A program made the translations under genes and the position numbers. A stretch of DNA of 64,000 nt from assembly GCF_009914755.1 (NCBI RefSeq), contig NC_060926.1; one strand, given 5' to 3'. This document shows positions 1 to 14,079 of the stretch, in pieces. The notes under the pieces were generated by a model. That model saw only the letters and a list, made by a program, of their open reading frames with translations, had not been told where the DNA came from and did no database searches. The DNA is from the human T2T-CHM13v2.0 reference genome, Homo sapiens. Positions within the stretch are counted from its first letter, which is position 1, and every line of letters begins with the position of its first letter.

Positions 1-98
1 TAATAACACTTTGGTAATTATACGTGTGGCAGGTGTAAACTGCCAATGGCATTATTTGGTGTTTTCTTATGGAATATTTGAAACATTAGAACATTTTA

Positions 99-340
99 TT
101 TTTATTTTATTTTATTTGCATTATAGAAAATTTTATTTATTTATTCATTTAACCTTTATTTTAGGATCAGGGGTACATGTGCAGGTTTGTTCTTTATCCT
201 GTCACAGGGATTTATTGTACAGATTATTTTGTCACCCAGGAACTAAGCCTAGTACCCAATAGTTCTTTTTTCTGATTCTCTCCCTCCTCCCACCCTCCAT
301 TCTTAAGGGGGCCCCCTTAAGTAGGCCACAGTGTCTGTTG
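99..340 (-). mobile_element. 5'-truncated L1PA (older, ~L1PA13-16) 3' end
   Basis: Antisense L1PA 3'UTR (ggggtacatgtgcaggtttg...cctcccaccctcc...cagtgtctgttg) with T-rich tail. TSD cattagaacatttta (84-98) / catttgaacatttta (341-355). Confidence 0.85.
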
Positions 341-355
341 CATTTGAACATTTTA

Positions 356-1690
356 TAATTATAATGCATCATTTTATTTATGGTTATCCTATTTTTTTAG
401 TTAAGAAATTATTTTCTATCCTGAATTACACAATAGCTTTCTACATTTTCTTGTAAATAATTATTTTGACTTCAAATATTTCATTGTCTTAGAATTATTT
501 TTGTGGCATTGGGTATGAGTCAATTTTTAAAACATTTTTTAGATATGAAAAATATATTTATATTGAACCATCATTTCTTTTCATCTTCTCAGATGGTACC
601 TTTATGATCATTAAAGTTCCACATGTATGAGTGTGCATCTAGGCTCCCTACTGAGTGCCACTGGTCAATTTGTCTAGGTCTGAAATTTACATTTACTCAA
701 TCTTCTTTCACAACGGTCTTCAGGATTATTGGCCTTTTTTCCTGCCACACAAATTTTATGTTGAATTCCATTCAAAACTCCACCAGAATTCAATGATATA
801 GCATAAACCTGTGTGTCATTTTGATGTTTTTTACTTTGTTAAAATATTAGGTTTTTATATTTATGAAGAAATTATATTTCTGTTTACCTATGGGCTATGT
901 AATGTATTCCTACAGTTAAATATTTTCCTCTGATAGGTTGCAAGTGTTTTATTTGATGAATTCCTTGAGTTCTTATTTATGTGGTTAAAAATTTTATTCT
1001 TTTATTCCATTTTTTAATGCTTTGTCTCTAAGCATAGAGACATAATTGATATTTGAATGTTTGTATACTGACCTTTTTGTCTCTATTTGTTATTTTATTT
1101 AACTTTAATACCTTGGTTTATTCCTTTCTGATTCTTACAAGTGTTACATTTGATTTTAATTCTTCCTAAGCACTTTAGGACCTCCCATATAATGATGAAT
1201 GGAAGTAGTCATAGCGCCTATTTTAATGTTGCTTCTGATTTTAAAAATAAAATTTTTACATTTCAGTATTAATGATACTGATATTTACTTTTTGATTTTT
1301 CCAGATGCTCTTTATTAGGATAAGGAAGTTCCTTTCTATGCACCGTTTGTCAAGAGTGTTTTAAAATCAGAAATAGTATTGAATTTTTTCACATGTATTC
1401 TCTGGAAATTCTATATTGATCAATATTTTTCCCTATATTCCTGTAATCTATTAATGTAAGGAACTATGTTGATTTAGTTTATACAAGTAAACCACCTTGT
1501 ATTCTTGAAAAATCCAACTTTATGCATATATATATATATATATATATATATAATGCTTGATTCAATGTGCTAATATTTTATTTAGTATTTTAGAATTTAT
1601 TTTTACAGGACAATTTTGATTACAGTTTTACATTCTTTTACTGTGTCTATTTAGTTTTGTTTTGTGTTTATTTATATGATGATAAATATG
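356..1690 (-). mobile_element. Ancient L1ME-type ORF2 fragments
   Basis: Degraded antisense L1 motifs, e.g. taggacctccc..aatgatgaatggaagtagt, ataaggaagttcctttctat, gcttgattcaatgtgctaatattttt. Boundaries approximate. Confidence 0.65.
1526..1552. repeat. (TA)n microsatellite
   Basis: Direct reading of the sequence. Confidence 0.95.
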
Positions 1691-3239
1691 AGAAAATTAA
1701 TGCTTCAATAATTAAATCTGTGGTGGCAAGTCTCATTTTTTCATAAGAATGTTCAAAAGTCCAAATGTAAATTATTTAAGTTGCATGTTATAAATAATTC
1801 ACAATTAAAATCTAAGTTGGAAGAGTCATCATTAAAGGATGCCTACCATGAGACTTTCTTAATACAAACAATTGATCCTTGATTTACCTGGTTTAAGATT
1901 GGATACTTAAAGTTTTCTTCTCACAGGAGAGTGAATCCTTTGAATTTTACATTTATATGCAACCTCCTGGAGGAAATATACTCCTGTCATAGATTTTAAG
2001 ATTAATAATAAATTATACCTTAATTTTAATGAAGTTCATTTAAAAGTGAACCAAATGACTACTTTTGAAGATTTGATATGTAAATAAAATTGTTGAAAAT
2101 GTATATTTGCTTTATGCGAAAGGTTTTATCATATAAACATATGGTTGATGGTAAATGGCTGCATTTCATAGTGAATTATTCTCAAGCCCTGGATACTTTA
2201 TGTATTGTGTCCATTATATTAAGACACATAGCTTTGTGATTTTATCCAAACAAACTGGAATAAGACATATTCTATTTGTATTACTCATTTCTGACATTAT
2301 CTTAAGCTACTTTTTGATCTCAGGAAGGATAATTAAAGACTGCTTTATGTTACCAAATTCTGTCTCCATCCTATCCTAGTCACAAAGCTCCACTATATTT
2401 TCCAGGATTCTTTCTATTTAGGGAAACAATACGCCAATATTGTGTGGAAAAAAGTGATGAATCCTGGCCTGTAATAATTTTTACATACTCCACTCACTAT
2501 CTTCTTCCAAAGTCTGGCCCATGAAAATTTCCCAGGCTAGCTTTCATACTTTTTATTTTCCTTTTCTTTTATTACCACATTCTTTATTTGTGAGGACATT
2601 TTTATTCAAAGTCCCGTGACACCCATGATTTATTTCAGGAACAATATCATTCAAGATTGTGTAAGGCTGTGGCATTCCCTTCCGGGAATCACTACAATCT
2701 AACCATGCACTAGTAGGTATTTCCACCTTTGAAGTAACATTTTCATCTTTATTCTTATATTCTGTTGTGTCCATAAACTGGCTGCTTACCAGGAATAGAT
2801 CAAAAATGAGCAAGCTGTTTTTATTTTGAGTTATATTCTATATCCTCCCATGAAACTTACCAAACTAGACAACCAAACAAATTGCTCTGTAACCATAAGT
2901 GAGAAAAATATACTTATAAAACTACCTGGATGATAAAATGTAGGCAATTATCCTTATCATCTGTACAATGTTGGATGCTAATTTTTAAAATCAATAATAA
3001 ATAGATTTTTACAAAATTATGACACGTACCAAAGGTATATCATTTTTAATCCTACTGTCATTAAATACTATGATTGCATCATTTCACTTTCCCATTTGAA
3101 GCCTAAATTTAAAAATGGGTATAGAATTATTTTCACTTAGGAAGCATGATTTAATGTACATAAGTCAACTTTTACACTCAAACAGAATATCCCTTTTTCC
3201 CTCACTTAATGATGAATAACAACCCCCTGCAAATGGTGA

Positions 3240-3650
<411 letters not shown>

Positions 3651-6116
3651 TAATACTGTCTTCATGTGTATTTATTTTGTTGGAATGATCTCTGTTTCCT
3701 GTTTGTTTATACAAATGTTACCCAATATTCCACACATACACCCTTAGGAATTCTTCTATTTCTAATAAAATACACAGTAAACTTCCTTTTCCTTGATAAT
3801 ACTATTGAACTAACTAGAATTATTCTTCAAATTACTGACATATATTTTATGATAAATGTATTGCAAATATTGTGATTTAGATGATGTAAATATTTATAGT
3901 GTACTGATCTTAAATTTTCAATTTCATATTCCCTCCTTGCTGGTGAAGGTCATATTTTTCATTTATTCTAGATTACTCTTAACTCCTGCTGCAGAGCTAA
4001 CAGTATAAAAAATATAATAGAGCCTTCATTGATTAAATAATTGATTGATTTTTGACTATCCAATACAGATGGGAGAATTCCACTTACCATAGTGATCATC
4101 AATCACCTTGTAAAAAAATGAAACATTAAACTAGGCATTGTTAACTTGCTTACCTATTTTGTTTTGTGTTTTTATTATTACAGTGGGGATTGCTTCCATT
4201 CAATAATGCCATTAGACAGATAACTGATTCTATATGAATTCATAAATCTTTATTTCATCATTTACAGAAACTGTACTTTGCAACCTGGGAATTCATTATG
4301 ACTTTAAGACCTACAAAATTTCCAAGAAACATAGATTCAGTATAAAAATATTGTATCTAAGCAAATTCATTAAAACTCCTATTCATCTCAACCTTACTGT
4401 ATATTAATTAGTTTTATTCTAAGCTTTCCCAAGGGTAGAATTAAATATGCTCATTGCTACTCTAACTCTGGCTGATACTCCATTCCATTCCAAATGAGGA
4501 AATTACTTTTCTCATAACAGTATCATCAACTGATCTATTATTTTGTTACTGATGAAACCAGAGTTGGCTTTTTATCATTTTAATGTAGAAGTTTTATATT
4601 TTATGCACATGTGTAAGTGTTTTCAATATAGCTTATAAATACATTGAAGCTTATTAAGAAAAAAATTAAAAATACAAATAGTACTATCCACAGTATATAC
4701 AAAGGATAAAATATGTCTATTTTTATGTTTTATGTCTATTTTATGTGTGTATGTTTATGCTTGTGAATGTGTCTATATATAAATATGTTTAAATATAGAT
4801 ACAGATCTATAACTACATAAAAGGTGACAAAATTTGCAAAGAAAGTTTTGACAATGATAACTTCTAGGGTGAATACAAATGGAGATATTTATATTTTACT
4901 AAACATATTTCCATAGTTTAAAATATTTCACAAGAATATCTGAATACATTATCATATAGTATATGGAAAAATAACTACGTGGAGCTTTTACCTTGTTTAG
5001 AAAAATATTTGTGTTTCTACTTCTATGATTTTATTTTTTAAAATCATATAAACCTGCTGAATCATATTTTATAATTATTTTGATAGAGATTTAGTTCTTT
5101 AAAATTAATCATTAATCTGTTGTCATAAAATTATTGTATTGTTAAATGATTTCTGTTCCCAATTTTAACTACTATATGAATCAAACACTAAGCACATGGA
5201 TATGCAACTGGACTCTTAATACCATTTGGTACATTAATGAATGAATCTGGAGCCCTTGTATTATTTTAGATATAGTAACATTATTGAATATTTGAATGCT
5301 TTGCAGTGATGAAATTCTCTCCTATTACTTGAGGCATAGCTAAATACCTGTCATTATGTATACAAATGCATTGACGTCACCCTGTCCTTTCTATCTGTTC
5401 TACCTTCAACTTGTCCATTGGATTCACTGCCTAGAGAACAACTCAGAGAAACCATACTTCTGCTACTAGCTGCTATGAAAATACCTCTGACATGGAAAGG
5501 GTGCAGTTTCTGAATGCCCATATTGCTTCCAACATTCATGATGCCAGAGCATTGCTGCGTTATAGACATACATGGTAATAACTGCTCCTCCCAAAATCTA
5601 TATGAAACTTTTTCACCTGGATTCCTAAGAAGCCTTTCTTTTTCCTCAATTGTCACAAAGTCTTATTTTAACATATATTTTAACCACTAATGAGCACAAT
5701 TTGATCAAATTTTTATCAAGCTACTTGTGAAACAGATTTATAAATGTATTGGTTTCTGGTCCTTTCTCCACTACTCATTCAACTCAATTAAAGTCAGGTT
5801 CCTAATAGGAAATAGATCCATGTCAGTGTTCTATTTCCCTCCATGTTCTCACGATCTTGGCATCAATCAAAATTAAAATTTCCTATATTAGTCTCAAAAT
5901 AAAATCTACAAACATTGACCAAGAGAAATACATATTGGAAAAGTAGAAATCTGAGAAGAGGTTTAGAAAGAAGGTAATATAACGTGCATCTGGGTCTCAT
6001 CTCAGCCTTTCAAAATTCCTCAGTGTGATTGTTATATTTCTTTAATGCTGGGAAAACCACATACATATAACAAATATCTAATACATTTACATACACTTAA
6101 AAATATATAACATGTA

Positions 6117-6136
6117 AACGTGTGTGTATGTATGTG

Positions 6137-6180
<44 letters not shown>
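6117..6180. repeat. Compound (TG)n(TA)n microsatellite
   Basis: Direct reading of the sequence. Confidence 0.95.
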
Positions 6181-6181
<1 letters not shown>

Positions 6182-6493
6182 AAAAAATGTTAGAACTATT
6201 CTCTCTCAGGATATAAATAACATGGGTCTTTCAAAAGAATCGACAATATAAACCAAGATAAAAAACTGTGAATTTAAGAAATACATTCTTTTAAAATTAT
6301 ATTTCCAATAATAACAACAATAAACAAGCCTTAGGTAGCAGTATTTGTTCTAAGGCTATTACAGAAAAATAGTGAAATGTCAAAATATTCATATATGTAG
6401 AAAATCCAGAATAATTTATAGGTAAACTACTAAAATCAATAGGAAATTATCATTGCTGGGTTCAAGTTTAATATTTAGAAAAAATAATTGTAG

Positions 6494-6700
6494 GCTAGGT
6501 GCAGTGGATCACACCTATAATTTCAGCACTTTGGCAGGCCAAAGGTCGGTGGATTGCTTGAGCCCAGGAGTTCGAGACCAGCCTAGGCAACATATTAGGT
6601 TAGTGCAAAAGTAATTGTGGTCTTTGCTATTACTTTAATGGCAAAAAACGCAACTACTTTTGCACCAACCTAACGAGTCCCCACTTGTTAAAAAATAAAA
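6494..6700 (+). mobile_element. FLAM / AluJ left monomer, split by MADE1
   Basis: ggctaggtgcagtggatcacacctataat...gagcccaggagttcgagaccagcctaggcaacata | MADE1 | cgagtcccc, then an A tail. Confidence 0.85.
6595..6673. mobile_element. MADE1 (Hsmar1-derived MITE)
   Basis: 79 bp near-palindrome ttaggttagtgcaaaagtaattg...caactacttttgcaccaacctaa, made of mariner TIRs and inserted after a TA. Confidence 0.95.
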
Positions 6701-7599
6701 TGTATATTTACAAGTCAGCAACAACAGAAAATAAAAACTAAGGTAAAACAACAGTAGCATTATTAATGGAAATCATTACATTAACTCTCAATACATTAAC
6801 TATGTAACAAAAATATATAAAAACCTATAAATTAAAACAAGCAAATATTGCTGGGACAAAGTGATTTCTTAATGAATGATTTAAAGAAATACTCAATATT
6901 GTAAGGTATAGAATTTTCTCAATTGAATATACAGATTCAACATAATTGTAATTAAAATCCCAAGGAAAACAGAAATTGATAAGGAAAAAGCATATTTATA
7001 GAATGAATGATATGGTTTCATTACTTGATATCTATATTACATAGGCATAAATTAGACATGCAAGAAAAATACAAAGTAGATAGGGTTCTAAGGAAATGTC
7101 GATAACTTACTCATAGATATCAATATCCAGTTTATGGCAGCCATGTTGAACTAGGCAAAAATAGAGATGATGAACAAGTTATGTTAAATGAATTTTTAAA
7201 TTATATGGTATAACTTTTAATATAATAATTATATTAGTAATGATACTATAATTGATGTAGACATGATTTGATTAGATACATTCATCAAATGGTTTTTAAT
7301 AAGACATGTTTAAAGAAACAAAATTCAAAGTTGAGAGGCCAATTTAAATACAAAATGAGGCCATATTATAGCAATTAATAAAATAAAATAAACATTTACT
7401 CTGAAGAAGTCATGCAATCAGAGAGTGCAAAATTTCCTTAATTCCTGGTTAGGGAATAATAATTACATACACAGCACAAAAATTGAATAAATTTTCAAAT
7501 GAATCAACCAACCAATTAGTCAACTTAGAAGTCCTATCCTATGCATTATTTTCCTTTTGAGAATTCCTGTGAAAGATCCTAAGTGAAGAAATCAGAGAG

Positions 7600-7690
7600 A
7601 AGAGAGATCTGAGTTAATATCTTTTGTCAAATCTAGCTTTGTGATTGTTGGCAAGTAATTTAAACACATTGAATATTGTTTCTTTATCCA
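7600..7690 (+). mobile_element. MIR fragment
   Basis: ctagctttgtgattgttggcaagtaatttaaac resembles the MIR core. Confidence 0.5.
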
Positions 7691-7892
7691 TAGGTGTGTA
7701 CATTTAATTCTGAATATATTAAATTTTCTCTGTACATATACATACACACACAAAAATAGTTCATGTGATAAAAGACAAAATGATATATTAAAATCAAATA
7801 TACACTAAATTTTGGCCAATAAAATATAATTATAGTTATTATTAAAGTGGTTGTAATTGAAAAAAAATACCAAAAATAGGCCATGAAAACAT

Positions 7893-8055
7893 GATAATAG
7901 CTAAAATATATTGAGTTCACCATATGTCACTACTGGTTTCTTCCCGATAGAGGTACTGTAATCCTGACACTTCCTTTACAGAAGCACAGGCAAGTTAAGT
8001 AAACTTACCACAGAGATACAGCTATCAAGATGAGGAGCATGCATTCTAATCCTTT
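7893..8055 (-). mobile_element. MIR fragment
   Basis: taatagctaaaatatattgag...gttaagtaaacttaccacagagatacagcta is the antisense MIR core. Confidence 0.55.
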
Positions 8056-8084
8056 CAGGTGGTAGATTTCTAGCTTAAAGAAGA

Positions 8085-8768
8085 ATTTTCAAATTGGAAC
8101 ATAACTGCAAACATTAAAATGTACAGATCCGAACTGTTCAATGAGCTTTGACAGTTATATACACTAGGGTAAACACTGCTCCATCCACATTATAGAACAG
8201 CTCTTAACAGCTCAGAGGCTTTCCACAGTCAATCCCTATTCCTGAGAAAATAACCAATGTTCTTACCTAGCTTTGCCTATTCTTGAATTTCACATAAATG
8301 AAAAGATGGTACATAATATTTTGTCTTGGCATCTTTCACGCAACATAAAGTTTTAAAGTTTTATCTATATTGTTGCCTATTTAATTGCCTATTTTTTTTA
8401 TTGTGAACTAGTATTCCCTTGTATAATATGCCACAGACTCCTCATCCAGTCTTGTACTGATAAACATGTGAGTAGTTTCTACTTTGGGGGAAGGAGGATA
8501 ATTCATAAAACTCTAACTATTCTTTTACAGGTCTCTTTTTGTGGACCTATGTTTCTCTTTAGAAAGTAAATAACTTGGAGTAGAATTGCTGAGTCAGAAG
8601 GTAGATGCCAACTTTTCAAGAAACTGGCAAACAGTTCTGCAAATGGTTATACCATTGCACACTCCCATTAGCAATAAGTGAGTTATGATTGTCCCACATT
8701 TTCCTCCAATTTTCGTGTTTTCAGTCTTTTTAATTTTAGTCATTCTTGGGGGTGTCTCATGGTTTTAG
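8085..8768 (-). mobile_element. L1MD/L1ME 3' end
   Basis: aaatgtacagatc..tgttcaatgagctttgaca; gagtagaattgctgagtca; aaatggttataccattgcacactcccattagcaat. Confidence 0.75.
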
Positions 8769-9128
8769 AAATCCAGCTGTTAACCACCAGGCTCTATGTC
8801 CTTAAATATAATGCTCAAAACCATTCTAATTTCAGTGAATATATTCCAAACCACAATAAATTCCTGAAGATAGCAGTCAGGTTAAAAGGCATGGTATAAT
8901 TTCAGTAGAATATTAAGAGAAAGTATTAAACTGTTCTCTAAACAAAACATGGTACTGCAGTTACAGAAGATGACTGCCTAAGTTCAAATTTGACTTTTCC
9001 CCTTCAGACCAAAATAGTAATTTCTTTCATATTATGTATGATTCACTTCCTGAGAGGATAGCTTAACTGAATGAAGCCCAGATCCTTTTAATTTGACCCC
9101 AAAAGCTAGCTTTATTTTCTTTTTTTAG

Positions 9129-9270
9129 GTGTTTGTCCTCAGGGTTCCTGTCAAAAAACCTGACTATGAGACTGCTAAGAGAAAAAGATGGAAGAGACAG
9201 GTACCACAGGTAAAGAGAGTAACGCTGTGTGATAAATCCTCCAGGGCCCAATTACCAGCTGCAAAATTGA
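9129..9270 (+). other. Candidate internal exon (142 nt), unverified
   Basis: Long pyrimidine tract ttttctttttttag| acceptor and TGA|GTAAGT donor around a purine-rich, non-repeat segment. Confidence 0.35.
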
Positions 9271-10888
9271 GTAAGTCATATTCATTTTTGACTTCAGACA
9301 TTCTATTTTCAATTTATTTTTCTGTCATATCACAAATATTAGAAAAACATTTTATCTACAACTCGAATTAATGTTTTCATTGAAGATAGCATATTATATA
9401 GTAAGTTATTCATTCCTTTTATTAACTGCAGATAATTATAATTTTAATTCATTGTTTGCCCTAACTTTTGGTACTAAAAATCAGAGGAAATGTCTACAAA
9501 ATGTATGCCTTAAAAATAGTATAAGAACATCTGAACCAGGGAATACTTTCTAAAAAAGAAAGCAAAAATGAAAAAGAAAAAACTCTATCTATATAAACTT
9601 TTACAAAGTTTTTTACTCCTGTTTAAAACTGGTTCTCATCACAATTTGGTAAGAAAAACTAATGTAATCATTTTTCTAAAAAATAATCACTTGAAAACTT
9701 TTTTTGGTAGTTTATGAATAGACAATTTTATCACGATTTGAAGAGATGAGGTGAATCTGCTGTTCTATTTGTCTTCTTAGACCAAGGTATTATTGATTCT
9801 GACTTTATTAAAACAATAAAAAAAAGAAACCAAACAGAGTGAGTTATTTTCTCAAATGGGTATATGGAAGAATTTCAAAGAAAACAGACTAATTTACACG
9901 TATCAAAAAAAAGAAAGATAGTGTTTAATATGATGTCCATTTTTTAGTAAATGTAAAAACTGTGGAAAGAACACAGAAGGCACTGAATTCCAAACACAAA
10001 TCAAAATAATAGAGAATTATGATTATGATTGAGAATAATGATTATATTAAATATGTGATAGTATATATATCTGAAATAAATGAAGAGAGCTCATCAGTTT
10101 TAATGTGAGAAACTAAACTGTACTACAAATTATTTCAAAATAATTTGATACATTAATATCTCAGTATATAGTAGATACTTCATACTTCTATGTAAACCAC
10201 ATTCTATCAACAATTTACAGAATTTACTATTTATTTGAAGATAACAGTCAATTAAACATATCAATTTACACCAACAGGTTGTGAGGGTCATTTGGTTGCA
10301 GATGTCTTGCCATCATTATTTGTCTTGATAGTCAACATTCACTAGGTAGGCTGATGCCTTTTTCTTTCCCTCCCAACCACACATACCTACATACACTTTC
10401 TCAGTATAGTAAAGAGAGAAGTTTTCCCATAAAGAAAAAAATTAAATAACTCTCTGTGTTAAAGATCAATTAAAATAATTTTAAATATTATTGAATATAG
10501 ATTATTTAAAAAGTATCTTCATAACTTTTGACAACTCTAACAACTATCATAAAATAGTTAAAGAGTGGACACATCAACATTTTTTATTGTGACTATTTAC
10601 CTGAAAGTAATTAAATCGTTGACTCTTGGAACTATTAGTGGCACTTAATTATCAGGTCATTAATATTTAAGAAGATGAAATAATTAAAAGATATGTTTGT
10701 GTGTGCTATTGTTGCTTAATCATATGATAGGACCTCCACAAACTCACTCAATAACACACAGATTCTGTAAGCTAAAATATCTGTTTATTCTCAGAAGAGG
10801 AGATCCTGTGCTAAAAGAAAAATGAATACCTATACTGAATGATTTCATTCCATATTTGGGTCTAGTCTTTTTATACAAAGGCAAATTT

Positions 10889-11189
10889 CACTGGGCACAG
10901 TAGCTCACGTTTGTAATCCCAACATTATGAGAGGCCAAGTTAGGCTGATCGCTTGAGGCCAAGAGTTCAAGACCAGTCTGGCCAATATGATAAAACCCCA
11001 TCTCTACTTAAAATACAAAAATTAGCTGGGCATGGTGGCACATACCTGTAATCCCAGCTACTTGAGAGGCTAAGGCAAGAGAATTGCTTGAACCTGGGGT
11101 TGGGCGCAGAGTTTACAGTAAGCAGAGCTCACACCACTACACTCCAGCCTGGGCAACACAGCCAAACTCCGTCTCTAAAAATCAAAAAG
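10889..11189 (+). mobile_element. Alu (S/J, diverged)
   Basis: Dimeric Alu. Approximate TSD aaaggcaaatt / aaagacaaatt. Confidence 0.92.
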
Positions 11190-12066
11190 ACAAATTATGT
11201 ATGCTGTGTCTTTGAGTAATATTTTAGCCTAAAATATTGTTACTTGATACTTTTTTGTAACCCAAATTTGTAAAGATTTAGAAATTTCGAGATAACACTT
11301 ATTTTTTATGCCTTCCATGAAATTTTTACTTAAGTTTACACAGTATTATACTCTGAGTTTTCAGTGAGTTTTTCACTATTGAAAGAAGATTGGAGGCAGG
11401 TAAAGGGATGTTGATTACAGCGAGTTTGTGTTGTCAACTAGCTATTTTACGCTGTGTCAGTGTAATCTGAACCATCTAAGAGTAAAATGACTCAATCAAA
11501 TACAATCATTTGAGATGTAAAAACAAAATCAGAATTTATGACTTCTCAAAAATGTAATTCAGAGAATTATGACTACTATGGTTTCTCAAAGTTAAATGAA
11601 AACAAGACAGTGTAATTTAGGTCAAATTCCATTTTATATAGAAATGAATCATTTTATAAAACATTGGTTTAAAACATAAATAAAGCAAAACAAAACTCTG
11701 TATTGTCTCATAAAATTGCTAAGTTGCTATAATTTTTAGTGAATACTAAACATGCATCTTTTCTTTTATAAATAAACAGAACTTTGCCAATGTGGTTATG
11801 GGAAAGCCAGAATGTAAGATAAAAATTTGCTCAGATTTTTTTCCTATCATTATTTACAGCTAGAAAATAAAGATTGTCATTTCCCTGTTGGTTTTTGAGG
11901 TTGCTGATAATATTATCGTAAAAATGATCACAGGCCTCAAAAGGATTTACTGTGAATTTTTGGTTTGAGGGGTGTCTTGGAGAAGAAATAAAACAGAAAT
12001 GAATTTCAAAGCTCTAAGCTAGTGCCGGATATATTAATACACATAAAATTTAAAAAATATATCTGC

Positions 12067-12395
12067 GGCCAGGCGTGGTGGCTCACACATGTAATCCCAG
12101 CACTTTTGGAGGCCGAGGCAGGTGGATCACCTGAGGTCAGGAGTTCGAGACCAGCACGGCCAACATGGGAAAACCCTGTCTCTACTAAAAAAAATACAAA
12201 AATTAGCAGGGTGGAGTGATGCGTGCCTGTAATCCTAGCTAATTGGGAGGCTGAGGCAGGAGAATCACTTGAACTCTAGAGGCAGAGCTTGCAGTGAGCA
12301 AGATCACACCACTGCACTCCAGCCTGGCGACAGATTGAGACTCTGCCTCAAAAAACAAAAACAAAAACAAAAACAAAAAAAACTCCAACAAAAAA
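12067..12395 (+). mobile_element. AluSx-like with (CAAAAA)n tail
   Basis: ggccaggcgtggtggctcac...gatcacctgaggtcaggagttcgagacc. Confidence 0.95.
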
Positions 12396-12582
12396 CAGTA
12401 TCAGTAGCCTTCAAAGCAGCCTTTCAGAAGTTCGCAGGAAAATAATTAATGAATACACAAAAATAGAGAAGTAAACATAAAAAAAAACTAACCATGAAAA
12501 AGGCAACATCTGGGAAGTATTAACAATAATTTTAATGTAGAAGGAGTCAGATTAATAAGCAAACTTGCTGGTTTTTAGGTCT

Positions 12583-12878
12583 TTCTTTTTTTTAATTGAG
12601 ACGGGGTCTCGCTTTGCCATCCAGGATGGAGTACAGTGGTGTGAGCATGGCTCACTGCAGCCTCAACCTCATGGGCCCAAGCGATCCTCCCAACTTAGAC
12701 CTCCAAGTTGCTGAGACTACAGGCACATGCCACCATGCTCAGCTAATTTTTGTATTTTTTTGTAGAGACAGGTTTTCTCCATGTTGCCTAGGCTTCTCTA
12801 GAACTCCTGAGTTCAGGCAATCTGTCAGTTTAACTTTTCAAAGCTGGGATTACAGTCATGGGCCATTATGACTGGCCC
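12583..12878 (-). mobile_element. AluJ
   Basis: J-type diagnostics catggctcactgcagcctcaacctc and aagcgatcctccc. Confidence 0.92.
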
Positions 12879-13339
12879 AGTGGGTTTTTTTTTTAATATT
12901 GCAAGTGAGCTTTATTAAAGAGATGATGCCTGAGACCCACCTATCTACCTTTTTTTTTTTTTTTTTTCGCTAGGACATTAGTAAACATGACACAGGGCAT
13001 CTGCCCCTTTCTGTGTTATAGATTTTTTTAAGTTGGTGAAATACTATTATATAAGGACTTTAAAAAATGGAAAACGCTGGCTCTAGACAAATATCATTTT
13101 GTTCAAAAAATGAATACATTAGCGGAAATGCAAAGAGAATGATAACATGAAGCCAATAGAGAGGAAATGTAGAATGGGGAAAGAGGAAGAGCATTTGGGA
13201 ATCTCAGGAGTTATAACACTGTTGTAAATAGCAGAAAATTGATTAGCACCTTCAAATATATTAGAAGCAAATATAGCCTTTTAGAAAGAGAAAAGAAATA
13301 TTATAAGGTGAAAAACAATTTGAGACCAAGAACACTAGG

Positions 13340-14060
13340 TGAATTCCAGGTGAAGATGGTTTCTGATCCAATTTTGCTCTTCATAAACTCCCACTAATGC
13401 TATAGTAAAGCAATTATCTCCTAAATAGGCATAAATTTCATGAGTGTAATGAAAATAAAAAAAGAAGCAACAGCAACATAATGAGGGAATTCAGATGGAA
13501 TAGTAATAATTTACATAACAGCACTAAGAAAGCCAAATACTATTTGAACAGAAGGAAAATCCAAGAAACAACTCAACTTACTCCATAGAATTATCAAATG
13601 ACTTAGATTTTGGCGGTGCCATGTACCTCAAAATTAGGGTGACAGTGGGAAGAAGACCTAAAATACTATGAACTATTATAAGCTCATATAATAGACTAAT
13701 ATAAGCTGTTTAGAAACAGTTAGATCCATAAATTCCCCTCTGCACCTTATGTTCTCAACAACTAATTCACTCTCCTTTTCCAGACACATTGGAAAGAACT
13801 CCTTCCAGTCCTCCTGACTAGAGGAAACCAGGCACAGGTGAGGGCTGGAGCCAGGTCTTCAATCTCTTGGTAAGAAATTTAAAATGGTTTCTTTAGGAAA
13901 TGTGAAAAACAGTTTGAGGGGAAAGATCAAAAGGCGATGACATAAGGCCTCCTCCAACAAATGGCCAGGAAAGCTCACAATTGATACACCCATTTATTTA
14001 CTTGGAGAGTATGATTAACTCTTTAGTCATCTACTACCAAATGTTAAAGGAAATTATAAA
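13340..14060 (+). mobile_element. HAL1/ancient L1 5' region (first piece)
   Basis: Begins ttccaggtgaagatgg like a LINE 5' end and appears to continue after the inserted L1MA. Highly diverged. Confidence 0.4.
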
Positions 14061-14079
14061 GATGATGCAAATAATTCAC

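Larger units (their letters stand above)
6370..7000 (+). mobile_element. Ancient L1M ORF2 fragment interrupted by FLAM/MADE1
   Basis: tatgtagaaaatcc...aaactactaaaatcaata and actcaatattgtaagg...acagattcaacataatt..aaaatccca are L1 ORF2-like. Confidence 0.55.

Noticed and set aside
1910-2160. Acceptor-like ttttcttctcacag at 1926
   Set aside because: No good donor at a plausible distance.
2553-2813. 86-aa minus-strand ORF
   Set aside because: No recognisable homology or convincing splice sites.
5354-5656. 100-aa minus-strand ORF and a TGACGTCA (CRE) site at 5372-5379
   Set aside because: Non-ATG start, no recognisable domain, and adjacent sequence looks like decayed L2. One 8-mer is expected by chance in 64 kb.
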